Below, one piece after another: positions 9,789 through 19,648 of a stretch of 64,000 bases of DNA. Source of the stretch: Ignavibacteriota bacterium (GTDB lineage Bacteria > Bacteroidota > Ignavibacteria > UBA10030); assembly GCA_963701295.1 (NCBI GenBank), contig OY969585.1, positions 3,392,001-3,456,000 on the forward strand, given 5' to 3'. Every line of letters starts with the position of its first letter. Position 1 is the first letter of the stretch. A model generated the notes under the pieces. That model searched no databases. It saw only the letters and a program-made list of their open reading frames with translations, and had not been told where the DNA came from. The translations under genes were made by a program, and so were the position numbers.

Positions 9789-11423
9789 TTATTCGTTTCC
9801 ATAGCCAATCTGGAATTCATACGACATCGGCTGATTCGTTCCAAAGCTTTCCGTACCGCTTCCTTTGACGAAACTTCCAACTTCCATCGTGATTGTCCCT
9901 TTTACATGCATAGCGATGAGCGATGAAACCAAATTTCCATAAATGGGAACATCTACGCTTGTTGGCGGGCCAGTTTGATATACACAGTACCACGTAAAAT
10001 CTATGGGTGCAAGTTGTGGGTTGAATTCGACATACAGCGATTTTCCGCTCTTTGTAACCGTTCCAGTCGGTGTGAAATCAGGCGCACTAAAACCGATGAC
10101 GGAACAATTATCCTCCTCTGAAGAACAGGAGGCGAAGTGGCTTCCCTCTCCGCTAGTGACAGTCACGTTTTCATCCTTGATTTTGATTTTCAGCGTCATT
10201 GTGACATCGTCATTGAATGTCCATATCTCTTTTACATCGGAGATTTTCACAGTCGCGTAGATATAGGGTATAACAGTATCGACCACGATAGTGGCAGTAG
10301 TGGAATTTTTTGTAGGTTTTAATTGACAGGTTTGCACTTCGGCCTGTATTGTCGATGTGCCTTTGGTGTCCACCGTGTACGTGCCCATTACTACTCCTGC
10401 GGCATCGGTCGGTGCTAAGGGAGGATCTACTTGACCCGGGCCGCTTGCCACGACGAGTTTAACCGATTGTCCGCTGAATGGTGTATTACCGCACGTCACT
10501 TTGACGTCCACACCTGCTGTTTTCCCCTGATCATCCGGAACAAAGAAATGACTCTGTGATACACTAAGGTTCAGATCCGGATCGCATACACTCCAGCATA
10601 CCTTAATTGCAATATATACATGATATCCATCATCAGGAGTTCCTTCGCTGTAATTCTGGTTTTCGGTCATATCACAACTTCCCTGATTTCCGATTCCCTC
10701 CGCATATACATCGTTGTATCCCGGGGAGGAATAAAAGAATTTGAATATGACATCTTGCAATGTAAAGCAGCAATCATTGACCTTTTTTTTCGTCCCGATA
10801 CCTCCAAGACTTTTCACGAAGCCGTACTCCCAATCATTTATTGCAGTTTGAAAACTGAGCCAATTATTGATACCACTGAAACTTTTTTCACCACCGTTGT
10901 ATCCTCCAGGTGTGCCGGATCCGAAGTTAGTGAAATGCGCTACTGAAGCCTGTAAGTGCAGACCGTCTGTAGTAACAATAGCGGGAGTCCTCATCATTTC
11001 CCAAGAGGAGCTGTCAGAATTATAAATATAGAGATTTGCCGTATCTCCAGCCCGGTAGGTAATACCCGACGTTACCGGAAGAACGATAGTGACGGGCTGT
11101 AGAAATGTGGCACCCTTCGGTAGACACTCGATGATATTTCCCACTACAGTGGATTGCAATTCTGAGGGGACCGAATCAGTGCGCAGGGTACGGACGCTGA
11201 TGGTGATACTTGATGAGAGAGCTCCAGCAGGGACATTGATAGAGGCGCCGTAGCTATCTTCCACTTTCCCACCGGATGAACCGATCGTCAGTTGAGAAGA
11301 AGAACCGGTCGGTTTAGTCTGGCTGGATTCGACAGGTCCAGGTTCTTTTTTGCATGTCACTACAAATAACATAACAGAAGAAAAAAGAAGTAAAAGAATT
11401 ATCGGATAATATCGAGTACGCAT
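9789..11423 (-). CDS. Cys-rich putative lipoprotein with ZU5-like and Ig-like (Big_1-like) domains
   Basis: Lipobox-like VVTC; GASINVPAGALSSSITISV..P.GATF.QPVTI..VAHFT ZU5-like pattern; TDAAG Ig motif. Confidence 0.7.
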   Translation of the reverse strand: MRTRYYPIILLLLFSSVMLFVVTCKKEPGPVESSQTKPTGSSSQLTIGSSGGKVEDSYGASINVPAGALSSSITISVRTLRTDSVPSELQSTVVGNIIECLPKGATFLQPVTIVLPVTSGITYRAGDTANLYIYNSDSSSWEMMRTPAIVTTDGLHLQASVAHFTNFGSGTPGGYNGGEKSFSGINNWLSFQTAINDWEYGFVKSLGGIGTKKKVNDCCFTLQDVIFKFFYSSPGYNDVYAEGIGNQGSCDMTENQNYSEGTPDDGYHVYIAIKVCWSVCDPDLNLSVSQSHFFVPDDQGKTAGVDVKVTCGNTPFSGQSVKLVVASGPGQVDPPLAPTDAAGVVMGTYTVDTKGTSTIQAEVQTCQLKPTKNSTTATIVVDTVIPYIYATVKISDVKEIWTFNDDVTMTLKIKIKDENVTVTSGEGSHFASCSSEEDNCSVIGFSAPDFTPTGTVTKSGKSLYVEFNPQLAPIDFTWYCVYQTGPPTSVDVPIYGNLVSSLIAMHVKGTITMEVGSFVKGSGTESFGTNQPMSYEFQIGYGNE

Positions 11424-11471
11424 ATGAATATTACCTCCTATCTATAGTATATAATTCTTCTAATGCTTTTC

Positions 11472-11745
11472 TTAATTTACTTTGTCATTCGACTCCATAT
11501 GATTGTGTTCTGCTTGTATCAGAAAATGCTGTTTTAAATTCTTGAGTGATTTCCATATTTTGTTCCATCGTGGTTTCATGAACAGGGAATCAAGCATAGA
11601 GCCAAAAAGAGGCACCAGCAAATCATATTCAAACGCATTGGTAAACTTCGAGCCGTCATCGAGTGGTTCAAAGATCCACTGCGTGCAATGCAGCATGCCT
11701 TTGGTTGCAACTCCCTTCCAACCGCGGTTCTGTGCAAGAACATGC
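11472..11745 (-). pseudogene. SRPBCC/polyketide cyclase-like gene remnant (probable degraded cassette)
   Basis: WIFEPLDDGSKFTNAFEYDL..LKNLK resembles an SRPBCC C-terminal half; preceded on the minus strand by a GTTAGTT core site near 11751-11757. Confidence 0.45.
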
Positions 11746-12046
11746 GTCTCAACTAACGGACATTGTCAGAACACACTTTTTCTGCTGTACATCATCATTC
11801 AACAGATCATTGTGTGTTCTGAAAAGTTTTAACGGGAATTCGTCGGCGTCGGAGCTGTTTTCTGGATTGTCCATCCGCTCATCAAGAGATAAGCCTGTTA
11901 ATATGGCGGACAAGCCGGCGTTCGTACACAACTGGCGAAAAAGTAAATACTTTCAATTTCAAATGCAAGAGATATTTTTTTTGCAGGCAGAGACTGTGCA
12001 ATAGCCTTTAAATGGAACATTTTATGACCTTTTTCTAAATCCAAAT

Positions 12047-12201
12047 AAAAATTTCAGAAATCGATCTGCCATAAGGGAATAAAAAAAATCCAGAAAAAAT
12101 AATAGCGAAACCACTTTGGCTTTCGGTTTAGATTGATTCCTCTCCTATATCGATGTAGAAGCAACTTGCTGGATCTTCTGTAACGCTTAAAAGCGGGTCC
12201 C
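12047..12201. repeat. Conserved non-coding backbone segment, copy 1 (copy 2 at 54778-54933)
   Basis: Shared blocks agaaatcgat.tgccata, aaccactttg.cttt.ggtttagattgattcct.tcctatatcga.gtagaagc, gcttaaaagcgggtccc. Confidence 0.9.
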
Positions 12202-12282
12202 AGCCGCCATCCGTTAGAACGTATGAATTATTTATTGCGTATTATACCAATTATATGCCATATGTGAACATGGAGGTTTTGT

Positions 12283-12837
12283 ATGAGATACCTTTCCATA
12301 ATGCAACTTTGTCTGACCATGATTGAATTTGGTTGCAAGGAATCGACAACGAGTCCATCACAAGCCGATGAAAACTTGTTGACCAATTCCACCTTCGAGT
12401 TAACCGGATCCCCATCATTGTACAGTTGGGTCGTCTCGGATTCGTCCAATGTCCGTTTCTCTACGGATACACCTTTTGATGGTTCGGGTCGTACGATTGC
12501 CCTTGACGCTCAGTGGTTTGCGCCGTGGCCCAACGGGTCGATTTATCAAATAGTGGTTCAACCTACAGGGACTCATCGTTATCGTCTTTCAATATTTGGC
12601 AAAAGTTCTGGTGTTGCAGGTTTTGTTGAGGTGAATCTTGCCCGTCCATCGAACAATGGTTCAATTCTCCGAATGTCACTCCAGATTTCCGACACTATTT
12701 GGACGTTCTACTCGCTCACCGATACCATTACTATGCATGTAAGTGACAGCCTCTTCATTACTATCAGCGGCGGTGGAACTGAGATTCTTCGGGGAACATC
12801 ATACTTCAACACATGCAAGTTTGAGAAGTTAGAATAG
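12283..12837 (+). CDS. Putative lipoprotein with a carbohydrate-binding-like beta-sandwich
   Basis: FGC lipobox, NLLTNSTFE motif, GGAGG SD; preceded by an attC right-half-like gccgccatccgttagaac. Confidence 0.7.
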   Translation: MRYLSIMQLCLTMIEFGCKESTTSPSQADENLLTNSTFELTGSPSLYSWVVSDSSNVRFSTDTPFDGSGRTIALDAQWFAPWPNGSIYQIVVQPTGTHRYRLSIFGKSSGVAGFVEVNLARPSNNGSILRMSLQISDTIWTFYSLTDTITMHVSDSLFITISGGGTEILRGTSYFNTCKFEKLE

Positions 12838-12997
12838 TGCTCACATTAACACATAACACCGGAAAAGACGCCACTACCTCTGTGATCAAAGTTCATTGTG
12901 CTCGTTAATTAAATATTCTACCGCGTGTGTTCTCCCCCGCCCGTTCTTTTAGACTATAAATGTAATCAAGCTCAATGGGCACCGATGTCTATCAAGC

Positions 12998-13130
12998 TTA
13001 CATATCGGTTTTCCCGTTCCACAACGACGATGTAAGGGCAATTTGTTCGAGCTTGTCCATTGCTCGAACGAGATGAAGTCAGAGAAGCGGCGATGTAGGT
13101 TGCCGTTTTCTTATAATTTGAAATTCAATG
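12998..13130. repeat. Backbone repeat shared with 57291-57378, plus a partial copy of the docking module
   Basis: gacgatgtaag.gcaatttgttcgag.ttgt.cattgctcgaac occurs at both loci. Confidence 0.8.
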
Positions 13131-13279
13131 GATTTTCATATGAGATTTTACAGAAAATTATTTTCTTATGATGGGCTTGATTCCTGAATGCCAATACATT
13201 AAACTTTAGTACATTAAGTCAAGATTTCAAAAAGTTTTCCTGCATACAATTATAACTATCAACAAAGAGGAGTTATAAG

Positions 13280-16156
13280 ATGGATCAGAGAAATATATTT
13301 TGCCATGCCAAGAAACACCAGCTGCTGGTAATGATAGCAGCAGTCATTATATCCTTCCCTATATATAAAAGCAATGCCCAGTTTTATTTGGATACGACGG
13401 CAACCATTGAAGCAAGGGTAGATTCACTGCTCAGCATAATGACGCTCGATGAAAAAATCGGCCAGATGGTCCAACAGGAATTTATTGGACTGGGAAACCT
13501 ATCAGACATACAAACTTACTGCCTCGGATCTGTACTCGCAGGGGCCAATGACTCTACTACTGATCACAGTCCAGAAACGTGGGCGAATTACTGTGATTCA
13601 CTGCAATCGTTTGCCTTAAAAACTCGTCTTGGAATTCCTCTTCTGATTGGCTTGGATGCGATTCATGGAACAGGATCGGTGTACGGTGCGACACTGTTTC
13701 CTCACAATATCGGAATGGGATGTACACGCAATCCTGAACTTCTTACACAGGCGACACAAATCACGGCACAGGAAGTAGCGGCAACCGGATTCAACTGGAC
13801 CTTTAGCCCTATTGTAGCGGTTGCCAGAAATGAGAATTGGGGACGGACATACGAGTCGTATAGCGAAGATCCAAATTTGGTTAAGGAAATGTCAGGAGCA
13901 GCTGTACTTGGATATCAGGGTGATACCTCAGCAAAAAATATAACCATATTGGCATGTGCAAAACACTTCATCGGAGACGGAGGGACGACGGGTGGAATAG
14001 ACGGCGGGAACACTCAGGTTGATGAAGCGACGCTGAGAGCAATCCATTTACCCGGATATCTTGCCGCACTTCAGCAAAAGGTCGGTTCGATCATGGTCTC
14101 TTTTAGTTCCTGGAATAGTGTTCCTTGTGTTGGGGATAAATATTTATTAACAACTCTTCTCAAAGAAGAATTACAATATAAAGGCTTGCTCATCACCGAT
14201 ATGGAAGGCATATTAGGAGCTCCTGGACCAATATATGGTGGAGAACAATTTAGCAATGCAATCAATGCCGGGATCGACATGGCGATGTTGGGTACATATC
14301 CGCCGCAGTTTTATTCCAGGTTTATCGATTCACTCCGAGCGAGTGTTGGACAAGGGAATATATCGTTAGATCGAATCAACGATGCTGTCAGGAGAATTCT
14401 CACACAAAAATTCCGGTTAGGATTGTTCGAGCATCCGTTTGCAAAACGATCTCTCCTCAGCCAGGTTGGTTCGCCGGCACGCCGTCAAGTAGCAAGAACA
14501 TGTGTCCGGCAATCATTGGTTTTGTTGAAAAAGAAAGACGGCATTCTGCCAATTTCAAAAAATATCAAACATATTTACATAACCGGCCGACTTGCAGACA
14601 ATATGGGATATCAATGCGGCGGCTGGACAATCACCTGGCAAGGAGGAAGCGGCCCTACCACCATCGGCACAACAATCATGCAAGCTGTCCAACAAGCTGC
14701 TCCAAGTGCGAGTGTCACCTATTCAGCAGACGGGTCTGGAGCAGATAACGCCGATATCGGTATAGCTGTCATTGGAGACTATCCTTACGCGGAAGGTAAT
14801 GGAATGCTGCCCCTCAACACTTTGGACATTGAGGCTGTTCGAAAATTAAAAAGTTACAATATTCCAGTTATCGTCATCCTCATTTCCGGCCGCCCTCCCA
14901 TTCTCGATCCAATTTTATCGTACAGCGATGCAGTAATAGCGGCATGGTTACCCGGGCCTGAAGGTGAAGGAATTACCGATGTGCTCTTTGGCGATTATCA
15001 GCCGACAGGTATTCTTTCGCGAAGGTGGCCAAAAGATGCTTCGCAATATGTGATGGACGTTGGTGATACGAATTATCATCCTCTCTTCCCGTTTGGATAT
15101 GGTATTACTTCTTTGAATAATTCTCCGGCAGGCTCTCCTCCCGAAGTGTATTCAGCAAGTGTCAGTGCATCCTCAAATTATAAAATGGAGATTTCTTTCA
15201 ATAAGAAAATGGCCGCCCCTTCAATTGCGCCCGGAGGATTTTTGGTATTAGTGAATGGAACAACTCCTATGAATATCACTAACCTGAGCCTGAAGAATAA
15301 TGATTCAACTATAATTCTAGTAACAGTAGATAGCGGTCTTGTCAAAGGAAGTACGTACGCCATTTCTTACTCCCCTGGAAGTATCCATTCTTATGACGGT
15401 GGAACATTAGCTGCCTTTGAGAACGCACAGATATACAACATTTTAAATGAATATTCTTACGTTCATGCTATCCCAAAAAAAATCGAAGCAGAAGAATGTT
15501 TTGCCCATCAAGGTTTAAATATATCGGCGTGTTACGATAATGGGTCAGGGAAATGTCTTGCTAGTATCAATAATGGATCGTGGGCTGACTACTATGTTGA
15601 GGTCTCTCAATCAGGTAAATATATATTGAATTATCGTATATCAAGTCCCGCGGACACCGGACAAATTCAATTAATTACTAACGGTATTGTCATATCTACT
15701 TCTCATGTGCCAATGACCGGATCTTATTCTGTCTGGCAAACCGACTCAACCACGATCGAGCTTTCTGCAGGGTCTCAAATCATAAGAATGTATGCTTCTC
15801 ATGGAGGGTTCTATCTCAATTGGATACAATTCTCTTTGTCGACTACTGGCGTGAAAGAACAGGCTGCCGCTCCGCAAAGTTTTCAATTGTTCCAAAATTA
15901 TCCCAATCCGTTTAATCCCAGCACGACTATCCAATATGCTTTGCCGACTCGAAGCAAAGTAAGGCTTCGGATTTATAACGTACTAGGACAAGTTGTTACT
16001 GATCTCATCAACACAGAACAATCAGAAGGATGGAATCAAGCCGTGTGGAATGCAAATGTCTCTTCGGGATTATATTTCTATCGGATCGAAGCCACATCAC
16101 TGGACAATCCAAGCAAGCGGTTTATCGAAACGAAGAAAATGCTATTACTCAGATAG
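13280..16156 (+). CDS. GH3 beta-glucosidase with SwmB-like, CBM6-like and T9SS C-terminal domains
   Basis: MTLDEKIGQM, DAIHG, ACAKHFIGDG, GLLITD (nucleophile), PLFPFGYG; IEAE..GSWADY CBM6-like; QNYPNPFNP CTD. Confidence 0.93.
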   Translation: MDQRNIFCHAKKHQLLVMIAAVIISFPIYKSNAQFYLDTTATIEARVDSLLSIMTLDEKIGQMVQQEFIGLGNLSDIQTYCLGSVLAGANDSTTDHSPETWANYCDSLQSFALKTRLGIPLLIGLDAIHGTGSVYGATLFPHNIGMGCTRNPELLTQATQITAQEVAATGFNWTFSPIVAVARNENWGRTYESYSEDPNLVKEMSGAAVLGYQGDTSAKNITILACAKHFIGDGGTTGGIDGGNTQVDEATLRAIHLPGYLAALQQKVGSIMVSFSSWNSVPCVGDKYLLTTLLKEELQYKGLLITDMEGILGAPGPIYGGEQFSNAINAGIDMAMLGTYPPQFYSRFIDSLRASVGQGNISLDRINDAVRRILTQKFRLGLFEHPFAKRSLLSQVGSPARRQVARTCVRQSLVLLKKKDGILPISKNIKHIYITGRLADNMGYQCGGWTITWQGGSGPTTIGTTIMQAVQQAAPSASVTYSADGSGADNADIGIAVIGDYPYAEGNGMLPLNTLDIEAVRKLKSYNIPVIVILISGRPPILDPILSYSDAVIAAWLPGPEGEGITDVLFGDYQPTGILSRRWPKDASQYVMDVGDTNYHPLFPFGYGITSLNNSPAGSPPEVYSASVSASSNYKMEISFNKKMAAPSIAPGGFLVLVNGTTPMNITNLSLKNNDSTIILVTVDSGLVKGSTYAISYSPGSIHSYDGGTLAAFENAQIYNILNEYSYVHAIPKKIEAEECFAHQGLNISACYDNGSGKCLASINNGSWADYYVEVSQSGKYILNYRISSPADTGQIQLITNGIVISTSHVPMTGSYSVWQTDSTTIELSAGSQIIRMYASHGGFYLNWIQFSLSTTGVKEQAAAPQSFQLFQNYPNPFNPSTTIQYALPTRSKVRLRIYNVLGQVVTDLINTEQSEGWNQAVWNANVSSGLYFYRIEATSLDNPSKRFIETKKMLLLR

Positions 16157-16183
16157 TATCACATTAAATTATGTGTAGTTTAA

Positions 16184-16280
16184 CAAGCCCCATCATCATC
16201 GGTGGGGCTTTTGTTTCATAGTTCGAACCAGAAGCGGCGATGATTGCCGCTTTTATTTACTGGTTGAGAGGTAGAGTTCT
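16184..16280 (+). repeat. Terminator-hairpin-promoter module, copy with deleted promoter spacer
   Basis: caagcccc..ggggctttt terminator, then tcgaaccagaagcggcgatg..gccgcttttatttac; matches 18632 and 56662. Confidence 0.85.
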
Positions 16281-16340
16281 TGTAGTCAGATCAATAAGTT
16301 ACTCACAATGCATCGGGATGAGTCTATAAACAATATAAAC

Positions 16341-16856
16341 TCACTTCATCAACACCAACTTCTTCAGAAGCGTCTTCTCATTATACTTCAGCCGGGAGAA
16401 GTACGCGCCGCTTGCTAACTGCGAAGCGTCAAATGTTGCCCTCTGGATGTAACCAGCTCTTGCCTCTCCATCAAACACTGTCGCCACCAATTGGCCTAGT
16501 GAGTTGTAGATCGTCAACGACACATGCCCATCTTTCGGCACAGTAAATTCAATCGTTGTCGTCGGATTAAATGGGTTGGGATAATTCTGCGCCAGTGACA
16601 ATACTCTGGGTGCGGTGAGCAAGGTCGTGGTCGTTTCCACGGAAAGCGGTGCTTGGCATTTTGTCCCACTGCCAGACCACGTGCCGTTGATGACTATATT
16701 ATCAGCACATATATCTGCTCCTGCCTGGACTGTTATATCAGTTCCGGCATCAAAAGTCATAGTGCTCTTGCTGATAGGCACTATCTGGCTGTAGACCAAT
16801 GAAGAAGCAAATACTATGGCTAAAGATATAATTGTTGTTTTCATTTTCGTACTCAT
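16341..16856 (-). CDS. Small secreted protein consisting mostly of a T9SS type-A CTD
   Basis: Signal peptide, ~55-aa Cys-pair segment, LAQNYPNPFNPTT..KKLVLMK. Confidence 0.88.
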   Translation of the reverse strand: MSTKMKTTIISLAIVFASSLVYSQIVPISKSTMTFDAGTDITVQAGADICADNIVINGTWSGSGTKCQAPLSVETTTTLLTAPRVLSLAQNYPNPFNPTTTIEFTVPKDGHVSLTIYNSLGQLVATVFDGEARAGYIQRATFDASQLASGAYFSRLKYNEKTLLKKLVLMK

Positions 16857-16910
16857 TATTTGTTATTAAAATATTTTTTTGCTGTCCGCTTAATGCGGGC
16901 ACGTGCATGT

Positions 16911-18245
16911 TCAATTGCCATTCCGAACCTGTTTGAATTCTGCGTCTTTCGATTTCAGTTGTTCAATCTCACTTACTAATACATTTTGCATCCGCTCAAA
17001 CTTATCGAGTTTATCTTTCAGTTCAATATTTTCCGCTTTAAGTTCTTGAATAGCTTTTACCATAACAGGCAGGAGATTGCCCGGTGTTGCTTCAAGTTTC
17101 TCGGGATTATTTTTAAGAACAAGATCAAGCCAGTCGGCATTCTCTTTGGTCTGGACTTCATCAAGCTCTTGTGCAATGAATCCCGCACTCGGCATTTTCT
17201 GCATCTTACTTCCATCTGATTTATTGTCTTTATACCACTCTCTTTTATCCCAGTTAAACAGTCGAGGTCTCAATTTCATTAAGAAATCAATTCCTAAGCT
17301 GAGATCGTGAATATTTTTCTTATCCCGCGCATCCGATAAGGTAGTAATTGTTGTAACTGCACATCGAAGAGAAGTAATATTGCCAGCGCCAAGCGTGATC
17401 TCATTAGATATGGTTGCCACGGACGGTTGAGCTTCGAAACCAATGAAAGTATTATTTGTGCCTGTGGTTATGGTTGCACCTGCATCTTTCCCAACTGCTG
17501 TGTTATAATCGCCAGTAGTGTTGTTTTGTAAAGATTGGAACCCCAGTGCTGTGTTACAATTGCCGATCGTGTTCTTATATAAAGAAGCAATTCCCTCTGC
17601 TGTGTTTTGAATTCCGGTCGTATTGGCATTTAAGGATGCATATCCCACTGCTGTGTTTTCACTGCCGGTCGTGTTGTCATATAAAGAAGAGAACCCTTCA
17701 GCTGTGTTCCAACCGCCGGTCGTGTTGGAACCTAAAGAAAACGTTCCTACTGCTGTGTTATGATAACCGGTCGTGTTGAAACCTAAAGATGACAACCCCA
17801 CTGCTGTGTTATAATAACCGGTCGTGTTGGAATATAAAGAAGACACTCCCACTGCTGTGTTATAATAGCCGGTCGTCAGGCTTTGAAGCGAGCTAAAGCC
17901 AATTCCGGTATTATCGCTTGACTGGCTACCGGTACCTGACATTGTGAAATTTCCTGAATTAATGCCAACAAATGTATTATAACCACTGGTTCCGGAAGGC
18001 GCAAAATCGTGTATGAATCTGTTTCCACCTTTCATAATAACCCCGAGTGATGAGCTGGTTGTATTCAGCAGGGATAGGTTCTTGTTCAAAGATAAAAGCC
18101 CGTTTGTCTGGCTTAATGTCAAGTAACTATTTGATGCATCCTTGATTATAAATATTCCGCCCGTACCAAGTGTATTGGTTATGTTTTGAGAATACGCCGA
18201 CAGGGCGCATACTGTCAAAACCAGGATGAATGTAATTGTTTTCAA
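16911..18245 (-). CDS. Secreted fibre-like repeat protein with C-terminal intramolecular chaperone (peptidase S74) and coiled coil
   Basis: Signal peptide; 14-aa NTTGxxNTAVGxxSL repeats; SDARDKKNI..LRP..GFIAQE..VKAIQEL S74 signature. Confidence 0.88.
   Translation of the reverse strand: MKTITFILVLTVCALSAYSQNITNTLGTGGIFIIKDASNSYLTLSQTNGLLSLNKNLSLLNTTSSSLGVIMKGGNRFIHDFAPSGTSGYNTFVGINSGNFTMSGTGSQSSDNTGIGFSSLQSLTTGYYNTAVGVSSLYSNTTGYYNTAVGLSSLGFNTTGYHNTAVGTFSLGSNTTGGWNTAEGFSSLYDNTTGSENTAVGYASLNANTTGIQNTAEGIASLYKNTIGNCNTALGFQSLQNNTTGDYNTAVGKDAGATITTGTNNTFIGFEAQPSVATISNEITLGAGNITSLRCAVTTITTLSDARDKKNIHDLSLGIDFLMKLRPRLFNWDKREWYKDNKSDGSKMQKMPSAGFIAQELDEVQTKENADWLDLVLKNNPEKLEATPGNLLPVMVKAIQELKAENIELKDKLDKFERMQNVLVSEIEQLKSKDAEFKQVRNGN
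17495..17880 (-). repeat. 42-bp coding tandem repeat (about 9 units)
   Basis: ctgctgtgtt..ccggtcgtgttg recurs every 42 bp; encodes the 14-aa repeat. Confidence 0.9.
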
Positions 18246-18631
18246 TTTTAATTCTCCTTCTGATTAATATGATTTATGTTTTTGTGATATTGCAACGATT
18301 TGATTGAGCGTTTTTATCTTGAACTATGAATATTCTCTCTCTTGTATAACGCTCTTCAGCGATTGGAGACATTTATGCCTGTTTACCTTGTAGTAGAAAT
18401 TATGCGATAAGAAATAATGAGGAGTGAATGAGTAGGTTTACAGATCGGATAGTAGCACCTTAGCAACACACCGACTCATTACTGCCCCATTGAACCTGAA
18501 TGATCGCTGCTTTAATGGAATTCCGTATATAACATACAACACTTCTTATGATGTGTCAATAAAAATATTCCAAAATTCTCGCCCAAATATTCTTACGCAG
18601 TATTAAAAGATTTCTCCATGTTGAAATAGCT

Positions 18632-18808
18632 ATCAAGCCCCGTCATCGATGGGGCTTTTTATTGCTCAAACCAGAAGCGGCGATGAGAGTGTTGCCGCTT
18701 TTATTTACTTGAGATTCAAAGAAATAAAATGTAAAGTTCTGCAGGTGCTCTGCCGATACGTCGTTCTACTGATATCCCACTATACGGCAGTAGAATTAAT
18801 AGTTAGGG
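18632..18808 (+). promoter_or_regulatory. Terminator + hairpin + sigma70-like promoter + GTT core site (cassette docking module)
   Basis: Terminator 18634-18660; TTGAGA(18709)-17-TAAAGT(18732); taatagttaggg core at 18802. Confidence 0.65.
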
Positions 18809-18821
18809 TGCATATTCAAGA

Positions 18822-19337
18822 ATGAGAAGGTTACTCATGATATTGAAACGATTTAAAAATAAATGTTTCTATCCAGTCGCTATTGATCGACAACAATTAT
18901 TAAAAGGCTTCCTATTAGCATCGTTTGGAAGAAGAGCCGCTGCTTTTGCAATCGATATGGGTATTGTTATCTTGTTTCTCGGTTTATTGTCTATACCTGA
19001 GGCTTTGCGATCCATAGCTGCAACGGGAAATTCTCATATAGAAATTAATCCTTATCACGGCTGGCAGCTCTTGAGTCTTCCGCTTTACTTTGGTTTGTGG
19101 ACATACTTTGGTCATGGCCAAACTCTGGGTAAGAAGTTGCTAAAGATACGTGTCGTTTCCGTTACACATGAACATTTGAGTCTTTGGCATTCTATAGAAC
19201 GTTCTTTGGGTTATGGTGCTTCAATTTTAGAGGGAGGTTTCGGTTTCCTGCAATACTTTATTCATCCGAATAGACAAACTGTTCATGATAGGATTGCTGA
19301 AACCATCGTTATCAAAGTCGAGAGACCCGCTGCCTAA
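18822..19337 (+). CDS. RDD family membrane protein (cassette-like)
   Basis: ASFGRRAAAFAID, GQTLGKKLLKIRVV, RQTVHDRIAETIV; stop lies in GCCTAAC. Confidence 0.92.
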   Translation: MRRLLMILKRFKNKCFYPVAIDRQQLLKGFLLASFGRRAAAFAIDMGIVILFLGLLSIPEALRSIAATGNSHIEINPYHGWQLLSLPLYFGLWTYFGHGQTLGKKLLKIRVVSVTHEHLSLWHSIERSLGYGASILEGGFGFLQYFIHPNRQTVHDRIAETIVIKVERPAA

Positions 19338-19350
19338 CCAGGCTCAAGCT
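19332..19350 (+). repeat. Truncated attC (left half)
   Basis: gcctaaccaggctcaagct matches the family left end GCCTAACCAGGCGCTCAAGCTGAC. Confidence 0.75.
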
Positions 19351-19373
19351 TTGCTGTATCTTTAAATTATTCT

Positions 19374-19577
19374 TTGGAGACTATAATGAGTGATGAATCA
19401 CAACAATCTAAAAACAAAAAGCCATTAGCGAGGGGAATTGCGCTTGGCATTGCACTTGGCGCAGGAATTGGTGTTGCTATGCACGACGTTGCACTCGGAG
19501 TGGGTGTTGGGCTTGCACTCGGAGCTGCGATTGGTGTTCTGATTAGCCGGAAGCAAAAAAATAAGAACGCCGCCTAA
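19374..19577 (+). CDS. Small glycine-zipper membrane protein (cassette-like)
   Basis: GIALGIALGAGIG..GVGVGLALGAAIG; stop lies in GCCTAAC. Confidence 0.75.
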   Translation: METIMSDESQQSKNKKPLARGIALGIALGAGIGVAMHDVALGVGVGLALGAAIGVLISRKQKNKNAA

Positions 19578-19595
19578 CCGGCAACTCAAACTGAC
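19572..19595 (+). repeat. Truncated attC (left half)
   Basis: gcctaaccggcaactcaaactgac. Confidence 0.7.
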
Positions 19596-19648
19596 CAAAG
19601 GAAGCGTGTGCAATTTAAAGGTTAGCACCATTAGCCAGCCAAACAAAG

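Noticed and set aside
9420-9790. Left att duplicate of tRNA-Leu, or an ncRNA
   Set aside because: No match to the tRNA-Leu 3' end was found by eye; only weak hairpins are present, with no recognisable RNA family.
17495-17880. CRISPR or DGR template/variable repeats
   Set aside because: In-frame 42-bp coding repeats of a fibre protein; there is no reverse transcriptase in the window and no adenine-specific TR/VR pair was seen.
18420-18490. Riboswitch upstream of the fibre gene
   Set aside because: An aatgagt/actcatt stem exists, but no conserved aptamer motif was recognised.
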